Position numbers and translations under genes: made by a program
From: Orbicella franksi
Lineage: Eukaryota
Direction of reading: 5' to 3'
DNA: 64,000 nucleotides
Assembly: GCA_964199315.1 (NCBI GenBank)
Contig: OZ116699.1
Coordinates: forward strand, 27,032,001 to 27,096,000
The notes under the pieces: generated by a model
What the model saw: only the letters and a program-made list of their open reading frames with translations
Database searches by the model: none
Told to the model about the DNA's origin: nothing
In this document: in pieces, positions 26,196-39,030 of the stretch
How the letters are laid out: each line of letters opens with the position of its first letter
Numbering within the stretch: position 1 is the stretch's first letter

Positions 26196-27029
26196 TAAAG
26201 CCTGGTTCATACTGTGACATAAGCATAAGTACAAGCATGAACATAAGCATAAGCATACGCATAAGCATAAGCGGTGTAAACCGGGAGTGACATAAGCATA
26301 AGTACAAGCATGAACATAAGCATAAGCATACGCATAAGCATAAGCAGTGTAAACCGGGAGTGACATAACCATAAGCATAAGAAAAAGGAATCTTTTCCAT
26401 TTTCTTACGCTTATGCTTATGCCTATGTCGCTAAAATAAGTTTGTAAACCGGGTGTAACGTGAGCATAAGCAAAATCCCAAGGAGCATCTGTGTTTGATG
26501 CCAGCGGATATTCAAGTTAATAGTGTCCAATGCTACTCCACGGTCCAAAATGGCGTCTGAGAGTACTGTTCGCAATTATCCCTGCCTCTAGGATGAATCC
26601 TCAGATGATTTCAAGGAAACAAATAAAAAAAGCTTTGCCCGAAAGATGTTGCAGAAGCGGTTGGTGTTAGCACTGGTAAGTGAACATTATTCAGGTGTGT
26701 TCTTGCCAGGGTCATTTGAAATGCAAGTTTTCACATCAGTAACTTGCCCTCTCCCACAGTCTTCAGAAATCTCAGAAATAAATACAGCCGTGATATGAAG
26801 AAAATCGAGGGTGAAAAAGTATCTGACGCAGGCACCGATGAAGTTACACAAGCCGTGAAAACGTGAAGCCATTTTGGCTCGTCCCATACTTCCGCGGCTT
26901 CATTCTGGAGCTCATTGCGCTTGCGTCTGTCACTTTCCTTGTGCTTATGCAACAAGTTAAGTGTGGACGTTCGTCATGCTTATGTTTATGCTTGTGATTA
27001 TGCTTATGTCGCAGTGTAAACCAGGTTTT
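26196..27029 (+). mobile_element. Harbinger/PIF deletion derivative with a MADF-domain remnant
   Basis: TIRs cctggttcatactgtgacataag / cttatgtcgcagtgtaaaccagg; (CATAAG)n subterminal repeats; internal ~73-bp tandem duplication. The ATG at ~26550 gives MASESTVRNYPCL*DESSDDFKETNKK...DVAEAVGVST (MADF-like, with a stop and a frameshift). Confidence 0.7.
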
Positions 27030-27419
27030 TAAAACCTTTGGAGACAAGATAACCACATGCATGCATAGAAATGCAACTCTTTTTTCATGGTCAACCCGGT
27101 TAGCGGCATGGATCACGGGTGCGTGTTCAATGTGATTATATCATGGCTTGCTTTCCCTCTTCTGTAGTAGGATCAAATGCAATCCGAAAGTCTGATGAAC
27201 CGCCACTAAGTACAGGTGCCCTGGTGGGAATTTCCATCGGTGTGAGTCTTGTGGTGCTTGCCGTGTTGATAGTTTACTTGGTGTTGTATCGCTGACAGAA
27301 GAAGCAGATCGATGAGCAAAAGGAAATATACTTCCTGAGGCAATCAGAGTACCAGGTATTTTGCAAAGAAACTTGTAATTTAGCTTACTGCAAATTTACG
27401 AGTTTCTAATTCAACATCA

Positions 27420-27640
27420 GTTCCATTTCTCCGTATGGAGAGTGGGAAATGTTTCTTCTCCGGGACACTCTGTCAGCCAACGCTAGCCCTGCCTCTACCC
27501 AAGAATAGCAACCCATCGCCATTCGTTCCTTCTCCACCATCCAACGCCATGTTTCTCTGGGCCTTCCTCTCTTCCGCTTTCTTCCGGTGCCTACGTCAGC
27601 TTCTAGTTACCTGGTATATATACCAGCGTCTTCCTCCCGG
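27420..27640 (-). mobile_element. RTE-clade LINE 3' fragment
   Basis: Minus strand translates to GRKRKRGRPRETWRWMVEKER, the typical RTE C-terminal RGRP..TW motif. Confidence 0.6.
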
Positions 27641-27676
27641 ACTTCGCTGATCGGTCTTTCAGTTTTAAATAAAGCT

Positions 27677-27679
<3 letters not shown>

Positions 27680-27738
<59 letters not shown>

Positions 27739-27740
27739 GA
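27680..27740. repeat. (TTA)n microsatellite
   Basis: Direct observation. Confidence 0.95.
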
Positions 27741-29395
27741 TATATCCGTTTTTGTTTGTTGGCCTGTATGCACTGACGTATTTTCACGAAAAATCTGAAT
27801 GTACCATGTAAGATGGAAACACGGGGCCTGGCTACAATGTAAAAAATGGTTTTTTGGTGAGGAACACGAAAGATCGTTTGAATATGTCAGCATAGTGAAA
27901 TAAAGTCATTTATCGCACTATTGATAGAATGGCAAATGAAGAAATGTATAGAAAAAATTGTATATTTAGTATTTGTATTGATAGAGTATATACAGATAAA
28001 GTAAATGTGGAGTCTCGAAAACAGAAATTCAAAGGTTAACCCATACACTCATATAAGCCATTTCTTCTCACTCTATTCTCGCACGAGAACATATGGATTA
28101 GGAGTTTGACCTGCTTCCAACGTGATGGCTTCAAGGTTTAGTTGATAGAGCATCGTACAAGTACATGAGCATAAGGGGCCGTAGCCTAAAAAAATTATAA
28201 CTGAGGCAATGTCAATGGTTTAATTCTCTTTCTTGGTATTTAGAGTGTCTGTGATGGCTGTAAACAACAAAAACAATAGATTGAGACAAGTGCCTCGGTT
28301 TACCTGTTACTAACTCATCCCTAGACATGTATGCACTACAGATTTCGTGGGTTGAAATCCTGTCGAAGCGCCAAGGCTCCTTTGAAGTTGGGCTAAAGAC
28401 ACTATTGAGTCAATTCTGTTCTTCTCACACAGTATTACTTTACAACTTGAACTCGTGGAATGCTCTTTCTGCAGCTAATTCTAAACAAGATAACGATTCT
28501 TTTGTGTTCAAATTGGCCCAGATCGCAGCCTCTTGGAACAATGTAACGATCTCCCGTACGACCCAGACTCGGACTTCCCAGAGGAGAGACTCATACTGGG
28601 GGATGTCCTCGGCGCTGGGACCTTCGGACAAGTTGTCCGAGCGGAAGCTTTCGACATCCTAGCCCTCAATCCACGAGACAAGAGTGCAGAGTCCTTCAAA
28701 CGACGCTCAAAGATCCGCAGGTCGTCAAGAGCCAAGGACCTCAAGTAGGAAGATATTGGTGGGAGATGGAAGAACATAAAGGTGCCTGTCGCAGTGAAAA
28801 CCTTGAAAGGTGACGGTCAGCGTTTGGGATTTTAAGGTTCCTTGTTAAACATGTAGCTCAGTTATAAGTTCAAGAATCAAGTGATGATGGATGGCTTCAC
28901 CGAACAGAATGCCTGGACATCATTAATGATACACAACCGAAGAAGCGGTAAATTCGAATACGAACGTTTGTTGAAAAGGTCAGAATAAGAGAAGAAAGGG
29001 CCCAAACTGGCCAAGTTGGGTTGACAAAAATCGCATTTCAGATTTCCTGAAGTTCTGACAGTGTCTTCAGTAAACGGCTTTGAAAGAATAATGATTGTTA
29101 ATTAAACTACAAGTTGAGCCTGAAATGAAGGATATTTGTAAAGTATAGGCAGTTGAACGCACGCAACAGCGGATCTTTTTAATATGCAAGCCATTTTTAA
29201 CATCGATTTATTGCAAAATTGAATGCCTAATGAATTAAGTTCCTGCGTGGAGAGTGCAACTTATCATAATACTTCTTCTGCAACTTATCGTATTGGAGGA
29301 TTACCAACATCAACGTACAAAGGGAAGTTCATTAAAGCCAAGTACATGCAGCTTTTTTTTTTCATCAACCTAGAGTATTCTACAACGACTACTTT

Positions 29396-29567
29396 AGACT
29401 ACGAGTAGTCCCTCTTTCGCTTAGTCCGTCGTGCGAGACGCGAAAAAAAAACCGCGAGAAAAAAATGGCCGCGCGAAATCCTAGCCTCCAGGATTTCGCG
29501 CGGTTATTTTTTTCTCGCGGTTTTCTTTCGCGTCACGCACGACGGACTAAGCGAAAGAGGGACTACT
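29396..29567. mobile_element. Palindromic MITE, right tip truncated
   Basis: Arms agtagtccctctttcgcttagtccgtcgtgcg / cgcacgacggactaagcgaaagagggactact. Confidence 0.8.
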
Positions 29568-29568
29568 G

Positions 29569-29937
29569 AGGCCCCGTCCACACAATGCCAGAGGAATTTG
29601 AAACTGGAGCTTTGTTTCTCTGGTTAGGCCTACCGTCCACACTAATCCGTCACGAAAACGGAGCTTTTTGAAAACGCCCTTCAAACCGAAGGAATTTGAA
29701 AACGCCGGCTTTGCGTTTTAGCGCGGACAGAAAACATTTTGAAGCGAAGCTTTTCGAAGACCATAATGTGCGATGGTCATGTTATTTCTCTGCCTGAGGT
29801 TTACACACAAATCCAAAATGACCGGTGATTAATGCGTTTCAAATTACTCCGGCGTAATATGAACGCAAAACATTTGATGCGTTTTCAGAGTGAAACCTCC
29901 GTTTTCAACATTCTCCGGCTTAGTGTGGACGGGGCCT
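29569..29937. mobile_element. Harbinger-like MITE
   Basis: Perfect TIRs aggccccgtccacac / gtgtggacggggcct. Confidence 0.8.
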
Positions 29938-30561
29938 GTTGCAAACGGATCTTTTCTGAACGATTTGACACAGGTAGCACTTTTCTCTCGTCAGTTACTT
30001 TCTCTCCTAATCTTCTGAGCTTCCTTTTCCTTTTCAGAGGGTGCTACTGAAGCGGAGTGCAAGGACTTGGCCTCAGAACTAAAGATTCTGATCCACCTTG
30101 GTCAGCACAAGAACATCATCAATCTGCTGGGAGCCTGCACGCGGGGAAAGCGACTGATGGTGATCATGGAATTTGCCCCTCATGGCAGCTTGCTATCTTT
30201 TCTTCGAACAAAGAGGGACATTTACGAACCCGATTGGATCAAGACAACCAATGATCCAGAGAAAGAGTTCACTTAAGTTGATCTGGTGATGATCGGTTAT
30301 CAGTCAGCCGAGGCATGGCATTCCGGCTGGCATCCAAGAAGGTAAGTAACAAGTTTCAAGTCGCTTGCTAAGATTCTTGACAACATTAATGTAAATTACA
30401 TTGTTCCGTTGGTTTTCAAATCTCTCAGCGGATCCAAAACAGGACAAGGCGCGTGAAACGTGAAAGATTTATCTTCCTCTCAGATTAGCTTCCTTTGCGA
30501 CTGAATATGAAATGGAAAAAACGATATTCAAAGGGGCATTGTGAGCCTTGTTTCGCAGTAG

Positions 30562-30932
30562 TAGGGAGCTTAAGCAACGAGGACGGCGACCTCGAGGACG
30601 ACGCCTGCTAAAAAAATGAATTTATATTCTATCAGCGAAATTCGCATCTCTCTAGATCTGTCCAGTTCGCCAATGGCTCTAAAAACATGCTCATGCTAAA
30701 TATGTAATGACAGCATTCAATTCCACGTGGAAAAACGGAAAATTAGCCGTCTTCGCTCGCGTTCCTCAGGCAACGCAGAACTTGGTCATTTCACGTTCTT
30801 GTTTTCCAGAGGACGGCAAAGAAATGTTCAAAGGTTTATAACGCACGTGCACAGCCATTGTTTTGCTCATTAAACCTTTTGTTTGGTGACGTTCCCATTG
30901 CCGTCGTCGTCGTGATTTGCTTAAGCTCCCTA
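30562..30932. mobile_element. MITE
   Basis: Perfect TIRs tagggagcttaagca / tgcttaagctcccta. Confidence 0.8.
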
Positions 30933-33096
30933 GTGGTAGCTCGGAGTAAAACTGGACAGTATAATATGACTTACATATAGCAAGTTTTGAGGATGAGGTA
31001 GAAGAAGTTGATCCTGTGTACATCGTGATTTCCTTTTTGACCTTCTAATTTGCTATCTCTCCTTGCTCTCAGTTTTCGGGTAGCCCTGGTTTTGTCTCGA
31101 GAGAAAGTTTTGCTCTTTTAAAAGGAGTTTTCATGTCGAAATTTACTCACTCTGGATTTCAACTGGATACTCAATAGTTACAGCACTGTAAGTTACGTAC
31201 TAGTTTTACTCCCCTGAGCCTAAAAAGATTTATGCAATCAGTCTCCACACAATACATAAAGACTAGGACCGTCACCAGTTAGGAGAATTTGATTATTGAA
31301 TTTGTACTGACATAAACTGCGCATCTTCCTCTTCAGTGTGTTCATAGAGACTTAGCTGCAAGGAACATTTTCGTCAGTGACGATTATGTCATGAAGATAG
31401 CTGACTTTGGTTTGGCCAGAGACATTTACAAAAATGATCTTTATGTGGAGAAAGCGCAAGGTTTGCTTCCTGTAAAATGGATGGCTCCTGAGTCACTCTT
31501 TGACAGAGTTTATACAGAGAAAACTGATGTGTAAGTTTTCAAGTTCAGTGCTTTCAAAAAGCATGCAGTTGTCTCCATTAAGGTTACTGTAGACTTTACG
31601 AGGTGCCTTCCGGAAAATACTTTCTTTGCGCGCTGCTTTAAAGGAAACCACGGTTAACTATATATCATTGTAAAGCTAATAAACTGTAGATTCCGAAAAT
31701 AACAAAATATTGTGCTAGTTTTGTTTTGGTAGGCAAGCGCAAGCCTTTAAACGCGAAAATGACCGCACTTGCTAAACTGAATTACCAGCCGTTGTGTTAC
31801 CGCGGACATCAAAGCAGATTGGACAATATCATTCGGGAGATGATGGGCTAACAAAGCGTGCGAGGCTTTTTCGATATTTCTGTTGGTTGCTTAGCAAATC
31901 CCTTTTGAAGCTGGACAATACAGAATTTTCGGACTGCTGCTACTCAGTGGGACGTCACAGGAAAGATATTTCGACTTTCGTAAAAACCTCATACATTTTG
32001 GTGTGCTAATATCTGAGGAATGTTCTGGCCAAGTTTCGGAAAAATCCGATAAATCTACATACCCCGTTAATTCAGTTGAATAGTGGTAATTCGTGCAAAA
32101 ATAAACCTCGAGTTTTCGGCCTCGAAAGAAATTCACAGTTTTTTCACCTCACTGAAGCGGTTGTCAACGGGGTCATGCCGCCAACCAATGAAGCGCAACT
32201 TAGAACTCCCTGGCGAGTCTCGTGACAAAGAAGGTTACAGGAACGCTTTCCAAGAAATGTACAATGTTTATATTCACTGTAAATTTTACATCGGTAAAGC
32301 GATGTCTGCCGTGAAACATTCAGCAGTTAAAAAACCAAATCAGCAGATAAATGAAAAAGATGGAGAAAAGAAAAGGAGAAACGATAGTGGAATAGTGAAC
32401 AGGCCCATTCGGCGAGGCGAGCCGAGTGCGGATATTTATACATTAACAACTAAATGCGTAATTTATAAGTCTGTTTGTTGTACTAGAATATGGAAAAACA
32501 CTCTTTGAAGCAAAGGAAAGGAGCGTCTGAAGAGGCTGCCATGTCAGATATCAGCGATTAAAATTTCGCCGGTAATTCCGCGGCAAACACCTTCTGTGCC
32601 AGAAGAGGGCAGCGACTAACTCATTAGCTTCGATTTGCGCTTGCGCTCAAATTTAGTCACGCGAAGACGTGCAAAATCTTAAGAGACGAAAATAATCAAC
32701 AAAAGCGAAGATTTCTGTGCGAGAATTTGCAAGTTTAAACAAAGGAAATCGAGACCGTTACGGATATCTGATCTTAATTAGGGTAGATTTTGACATTTAC
32801 TCTTGGAGGTACCCCCTACCCTGGCCTGCCCACTGAGCAGCTGTTTGACTACCTGAGTGAAGAAAAGCGGATGGGGAACCCAGCCAAGTGTCCGTTGGAA
32901 TTGTACACTATTATGAGGGACTGCTGGTTTCATGAACCGGACCAGAGACCACACTTTATGACCCTGAACGAACGGCGGGGCAAGATCTTGGAGCGAAACA
33001 TGACAACGGTACAGGACTATCTTCCCTTTTTCTCTCCGTTTAACGTCGTCCGACTGACCCAAAAGTCTTGCTCCTAACATTCTTTTAAGAACGTAA

Positions 33097-33135
<39 letters not shown>

Positions 33136-35189
33136 GTCTAAAACTTAAACATTGTTTGTGCAGTTGCACGTTTTTTACCACAGTTCACGTCCATGTTGAT
33201 TTTATTTCTTCGTCTTGTTGTTTCCAGTCCAGTCTCGTCTTTTGTTTTTGGCGTTTATTTTTTCACTCCGACTGAAAGAAAGATTCCTTGAAGATAAGAA
33301 AATGCCTTGGAATTTGACCTAATGTCTCTGTATGTCTGTCTATGTTACAGGAGAATCCATACCTAGCGCTTCAGATGGACGACGATGATGGAGCTGCCAG
33401 TCAGGGCTACTATCTCCAACCATGTGATTCTGGCCTCAGGGACTCCAAGAATCATTTTACAAATAAATTCGGAATGTTTCTTGTTTGGGAGTGCACCCTA
33501 GTCATGATGTCAGTAGTAGTTTTACTAGTTCTTCGCGGAGTCAGAACCTCGCGCCTCCCGTAACCTGCTCTCCCGCTTCCCGTACCTTTATCTCCCGCCT
33601 CCCGCCCTTTTCCGTGCTGCTCCTGTCCCCTGTAAATTGGCAGAGTCAAAACACATTCTAGTCATTTAGCTTCGCAATTCTTAAGAGTCCCTGTCCATAA
33701 AAATGGAAAATAACTCGGCAAGGATCGAAAATTCGATTTCGCTCATATTTTTATGGTAGATAGGCTAGGGCTTGACAAAAACTACTGGATAGCTTTTTTG
33801 GCAAAATATCCTTTTATTTCAAAGAAATATGCAAATTACCAAATTCCGTTAAAATCGTCATTTGACGCACCATTTTATTAAACAAGTTTGAGAGCCTCGC
33901 ATGCAAAACCACATCATTCTTCCGTCTTTAAAACACTCAAATATTTTTGTGCAATGTCTAAATGTGTACTGGGTTGATTTTAGGGAATGTTGTGTTGTGT
34001 GTTTGGGTGCAAAATAATTAAATTTCGAAGACATGTATTTCATTCACTTAAAAGTACTTCGTGAATATAATTAATTTTCACCAAGTGCGAAACCTTCAAA
34101 TAGATCAAGCTTCTGGTGGTTGAATCGCAGAAGGATGGTCTACAGATTCCTGTAAAAGTTTCTTTGGGCAAATGATTGTGAGCAACGCGAGAGCTTTTCA
34201 AAGTACGTCAAAAATGCAAATATTTGACCACCGTCGTCAAATTTCAATTTACGGGTTAGACGTATATTTTAGCATGGGCCATATGACTTGACCTATGTTA
34301 AGCTGAAATAGACACAGAACTGATAATTTCGAAATGTTCTAACCTTATTTGCTGTAAAAAGCAGGTCCAAAGCCGATTTGACGTGTTTCTCTCACCATTC
34401 GTCGCACATAAAGCAGATGTTTGCTTTTGTTTACACAAGGTTAACGTCCGATGCACATCACCTACTGTCAACCTATTATTGGTCGAATACTATGAATCTG
34501 TGACCATCTTTCTGCGCATATGAACATTACTGCATCTAAGTCTAAAACGGCTGAGTCATTTGTAGATAGTTGCTTGCTTTGCGCTGCACAAAAATATTGT
34601 GTTTGATCGATTGCTGACCATTGCTGATAAGCGTGTCGGCACAGCACAATCTTACAGCCGTTATTGTTCGTCACGCAATGCTGTCACGGCATATGCTGCA
34701 CATTTTGATCTATTTTGTATAGAGTACTCTCAGGATAAGTGAAGCAATTTAATCATTGTTCATCTGTTTTTTCATATATATAATAATATATGTGTGTATT
34801 TATTTAATCGTATTCTACAGTGTACGTGGCCTCGGTCCAAATCACGTTTGTTGTACGTTCTGATGTTTCAGACAACAGCTGATAAAGCTAGTGTCTGTAC
34901 TCCCTAGGATTTTAAGAAAATCGCCATAAAAAAATTATAGATTAATGAAGCAAGAACTAGCTGAAATAAAAATAGGAAATCACAACGTGTCTAATTCGTG
35001 AGAAAAACAGACTAAATTTAATTAGTAATTACGTGAGTGAATGGCCCTGGCCATGCCATTTTATTTGGCGTATTTTGTTTGCTTAGCGGCGAGGCATTGG
35101 TATGTAACAGAAAATAGAGGACTGTTGTCAATACAGTCCAAAATTATCGTCAGTAAAATATTGTAAATAAAACACCTATTGACCGGTTA

Positions 35190-35247
35190 CCAGGGGTGGG
35201 GGGGGGGTACTTTGGGAATTTCTGGGTGGGGATGTGCCGCTGGGACC

Positions 35248-35278
<31 letters not shown>

Positions 35279-35474
35279 CAGCTGAATTTTGCTACCCTAT
35301 ACTAGAGTAAACTCCCCAAATCCCCCCATCTATCAACACTGTTGAGGCTGATTTGCCTAAATTTAAACTTACCGATTTGATTTGTTTTATATTTTTGAGT
35401 GGCAATTCCTGGTTTCCTTACTCAAGATAAAATCTTCAACCAACCAGTCAGTTTTGTGAAAAATGATACCCTAC

Positions 35475-35508
<34 letters not shown>

Positions 35509-35594
35509 CCTAGGGTAAACTGCTTGAAAACCATACCCTTCACAGCGGCACATACCTATATCACCCATATATGGCAGTGTCCCCCCCCCCCGGG
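35190..35594. mobile_element. G/C-ended MITE with an 8-bp TSD
   Basis: Ends cc(a)ggggtggggggggggtac / gtgtcccccccccccggg; flanked by a direct ACCGGTTA at 35182-35189 and 35595-35602. Confidence 0.8.
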
Positions 35595-36406
35595 ACCGGT
35601 TACCTCCACGGCCATCATTTGGTCATTCCGATAAGGGTTTCATTATTGTCTTTACCCCTATTAAGCGGCCACCCAAAATTTGGATCAATTTTTGTTTCTG
35701 GGCAACCGACCATGATAAAATATGATCGAGTACGAAAAACAATTCGTGCACGATACAATTACATCCACCACGATGATTTTTACATCGAGGTCGATTACTT
35801 TTAATCGAGGTGGATTACTTTTAATCGACTTGTTATGGAGGTGGATTACTTTTATCGAGGTGGAGTACTTTTTATCGAGTTGGATTTTCATCGAGGTGGA
35901 TTGTTATGGAGTTCGATAAAAATCGTCTTGTTCAATACGTTTGATAAGACTATCGAAAAAGTCCAGCTCGATAGGAAAAAGAGACTGGTACAGAGAACGT
36001 GACATCTCACCCGAGGTAGACTGGTAAAGAAACTATTTCTCGTTGTTTGTGAGCCCCTCGTAGAAAGAAAATGGGATCCAGAAAATGTGTAGCCGAAATA
36101 AGGAGAGGTGACGACGGGGGGAAGGGAAAATTTTGCAGTTACTGCGTGGTAATTTGTAATTTCCGCTGGACTTTGTGTATGTAACATGAATAAGGTAAGC
36201 TGTTTTTTGTTTTTTCAACTTGAAGTAAGTTTCGTTGGGAAAATTTACCAGTAAGGGTCTGGCAGCAGGTATAGATAAAATGTAAATTAATATGTGTAAG
36301 TACTTATTCGGCTCAGCTTTAAAAGTAACGGTCATGTATATTCTCCTCTTTAAATAATGTATATATTTAAAATTCTTAAAAGTATGTTGTAGTTAAAAAT
36401 TAAATT
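35383..36406 (+). repeat. Left arm of a long inverted repeat (pairs with 63048-64000)
   Basis: Reverse complement of 63048-64000; the ORF track shows the mirrored ORFs (35722 + / 63421 -; 36033 - / 63119 +). The outer limit is not determinable. Confidence 0.95.
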
Positions 36407-36546
36407 CAGGCAAAAATTAAATTCCTTTGTCTCATAACCCTTTTATTCATTGATTATGAATAATTAGGGTTAGAAGACAAGGGAAATTGAGAATTGAACT
36501 AGGTTAAAATTATTTTTACCTGAATTTAATTTTTAACTACAACATA
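36383..36546. mobile_element. Small MITE at the inner edge of the left arm
   Basis: TIRs tatgttgtagttaaaaattaaattcagg / cctgaatttaatttttaactacaacata; partial inverted copies at 60850-60948 and 63048-63070. Confidence 0.75.
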
Positions 36547-37872
36547 TACAACTCAACAATAATGCACTTTTTACAAATCTAGATTCCTTTATTAAGGTTC
36601 AATATTATCAACCTTATTGTGCCTTTTAGTATCAACTATAGATTGCGGTTTACTCTGACGACACTCATGCATACATATGATGGCAATCAATAAACCTTGA
36701 AAACAAAAACTAAGAAAAGGGATCACAATCTTCCAAATGGAGAGGCGTAAAATGGTTTTTACGTTTGCCTTCCTTTCATGAGGTCTGCCAAGATGTTTGA
36801 GGGCAGCAAAAAAAGTAATCAAGTTATTACAATTCTACCAAATATATGCAACTAAATGCAACACGTTTCTTGGGAACAACATTTTTGGCTACCTTAAACG
36901 CTGCCTCCTTTTTTATGTTAAGTTTGCAAAACTCTCAATTGTTTTGATGCAGCATGATTGTAGGATACATTACTTTGCATGTATTCACGGCAGGATAATA
37001 GGACATCCCACCTTGGAATTTACAATTATATTTTCTGTTAAAATGATACATACATTTGATCAATATTCTATGTCTATATGGCTAAAGGAGCTATGTCACA
37101 GGGATTTCACAGATTTCTTTGGCTAAACTGTTCTGAAATTATAGTGGTAGGTAACTTAACCCATGAAAAATATTATCTTTGAACATATAAAGGAAGTTAA
37201 GACATGACCTTAATTTGATTGAAATCAAACTAGAGTTATAAATATTGATTTTTACCACGCTCTGAAACAACCTGAAAAGTTTAGCATTAATTTTCAATTT
37301 ACAATCCATTTCCAACAAATCTATCCACAGTCACAAATATGGTTGCTGACAGGTTCAGGGCTCTATTATGGCAATTGTTAGTAACAATGGCACTTGATTT
37401 TAAGGTTTCCTATGCCACAAATTTAAATTTCTACTGTTCGAAAATCTGTTAAAATCCGCAACAAAGCTCCTTTACATTTTACATTGCGTAAATTAAATTT
37501 TACGGTTGGCCTACAAGCCAAGAAGAAGGTTAGACCAATCAAAATGTAAATTGAGAACAATAGATCGGGGATGGCTATGTTGTTCTAAAACTGATCTTCG
37601 ATGTTAAAGCATGTTAGGTTAGGTATCATAACTGTTTACTTGAATCATTCAAAGTCTCTTTGTATGAATGCAAAACCCACTATGTTGAAAGCCACGCAAA
37701 AGTATTGAGACTAGGCAAGTTTTCCTAGGGGTCTGCATCTTTTTTCGATGGACTACTGTCTCTTTTATTCAATGTCATTGATTTATTTAGGCAAAAAGGC
37801 AACATCCTTTGTTCTCATTTAATGTTTTGATTGTTTCAGTTTAGAAAGGTATACTGTAGCCCAAAAAAGTGA

Positions 37873-38989
37873 TTAAAATCTAAGAAAATAAATTATAAAC
37901 TTGATTCTCAGCTTCCCATTTTCTTCTACCCATTTATTTATTCTTTGTAAATTTAATCCCCACATTTGCCCTTCTTTGAGGGTAGTGTGGCTGAGGAAAA
38001 AAACCTCTTCTTTATCTCCTCCAGGCATCATCACAAACCTAATTAAGAAATAAAGTTTCAAAGGTATTGAATAATACTCATCATTTTCCAGCAGCTAGAC
38101 CTTCTAATAGATCGAGTGACGATTAAAGGTGTACCGGTACTTTGACTGCATAATTTTACTGCCTTACATTTTGAATGCAAATCATACACTTTTACGGAAT
38201 GAACATATGGTTTTCCATTTTAACCAGATCAATCAAGTGTTCAGTTATTCCCTGTATGTGATTTCATATTCCATGGACCACAAATATGCTTGGTTGCAGT
38301 TCTTTAAATTCTTTTAATCGCAATTCTTTGGATGTTTTCAATAAAACAAATTTTCCACAAGCACTTGTTGGATATGAGTTAGTTATACCCAACTTGGCAC
38401 TATGCCTCGTTGGCTATCTGCCATTTCCAATCCATCATGCACTCATTGAATAATTTTTAATTATATTTTCTTACCTTATCTCAACTGTCACTGGGTTTGC
38501 TGCTGACACAAGTTGCAGGAACAAATCCATGTCCTGTGTCAGCAGAGCCCTCCAACTGTCTCTCCCGTTCCTGAAAACATTACTGGTCAGTGGCTCCTGT
38601 CTCGTGTTCAGAAGGGCCATATTGGTGGGGAACTCTTCTATCTCCCATTTAAAAGAGATAACCTTGTCCGCTTCTGGTTCCTCTTTCTCTGCATTGTAAT
38701 CCTGTAATGATGATGGTATTCATTACATTTGTCAATGATTATGACCATATGACTAACAGCCGGCATTTAACCAAGTTATTTTTATATTTGGATGACCCTC
38801 TATAATATAGAATGCAAATTTGTGCTTCTGCCACATGAACAGGGGAGTCGTCGTGAATTTCATCGAGCAAGTGAGTGAGTGAGTGAGTGAGTGAGTGAGT
38901 AACAAAAGAGGGGAGGGAGTTACCACTGCCGACCGGTTAGCCCAGTTGGTAGAGCGTCGGACTGCGGGAGGTCTCGGGTTCGAGCCCCA

Positions 38990-39030
<41 letters not shown>

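Larger units (their letters stand above)
27170..33470 (+). pseudogene. FGFR/RET/VEGFR-type receptor tyrosine kinase pseudogene (TM + kinase)
   Basis: Exons: ~27170-27355 (TM GALVGISIGVSLVVLAVLIVYLVLYR*, stop), ~28505-28809 ([20 protein letters not shown], stop), ~30039-30341 ([22 protein letters not shown], stop plus frameshifts), 31337-31529 ([32 protein letters not shown]), ~32781-33008 (TLGGTPYPG, 5' part lost) and ~33352-33470. Confidence 0.9.

Noticed and set aside
35571-36335. Short ORFs duplicated at 63119-63859
   Set aside because: By-products of the inverted arms, with no protein-like features.
38928-39000. tRNA gene
   Set aside because: A and B boxes are present but the cloverleaf is incomplete and continues into a SINE body; the same applies to 1937-2010.
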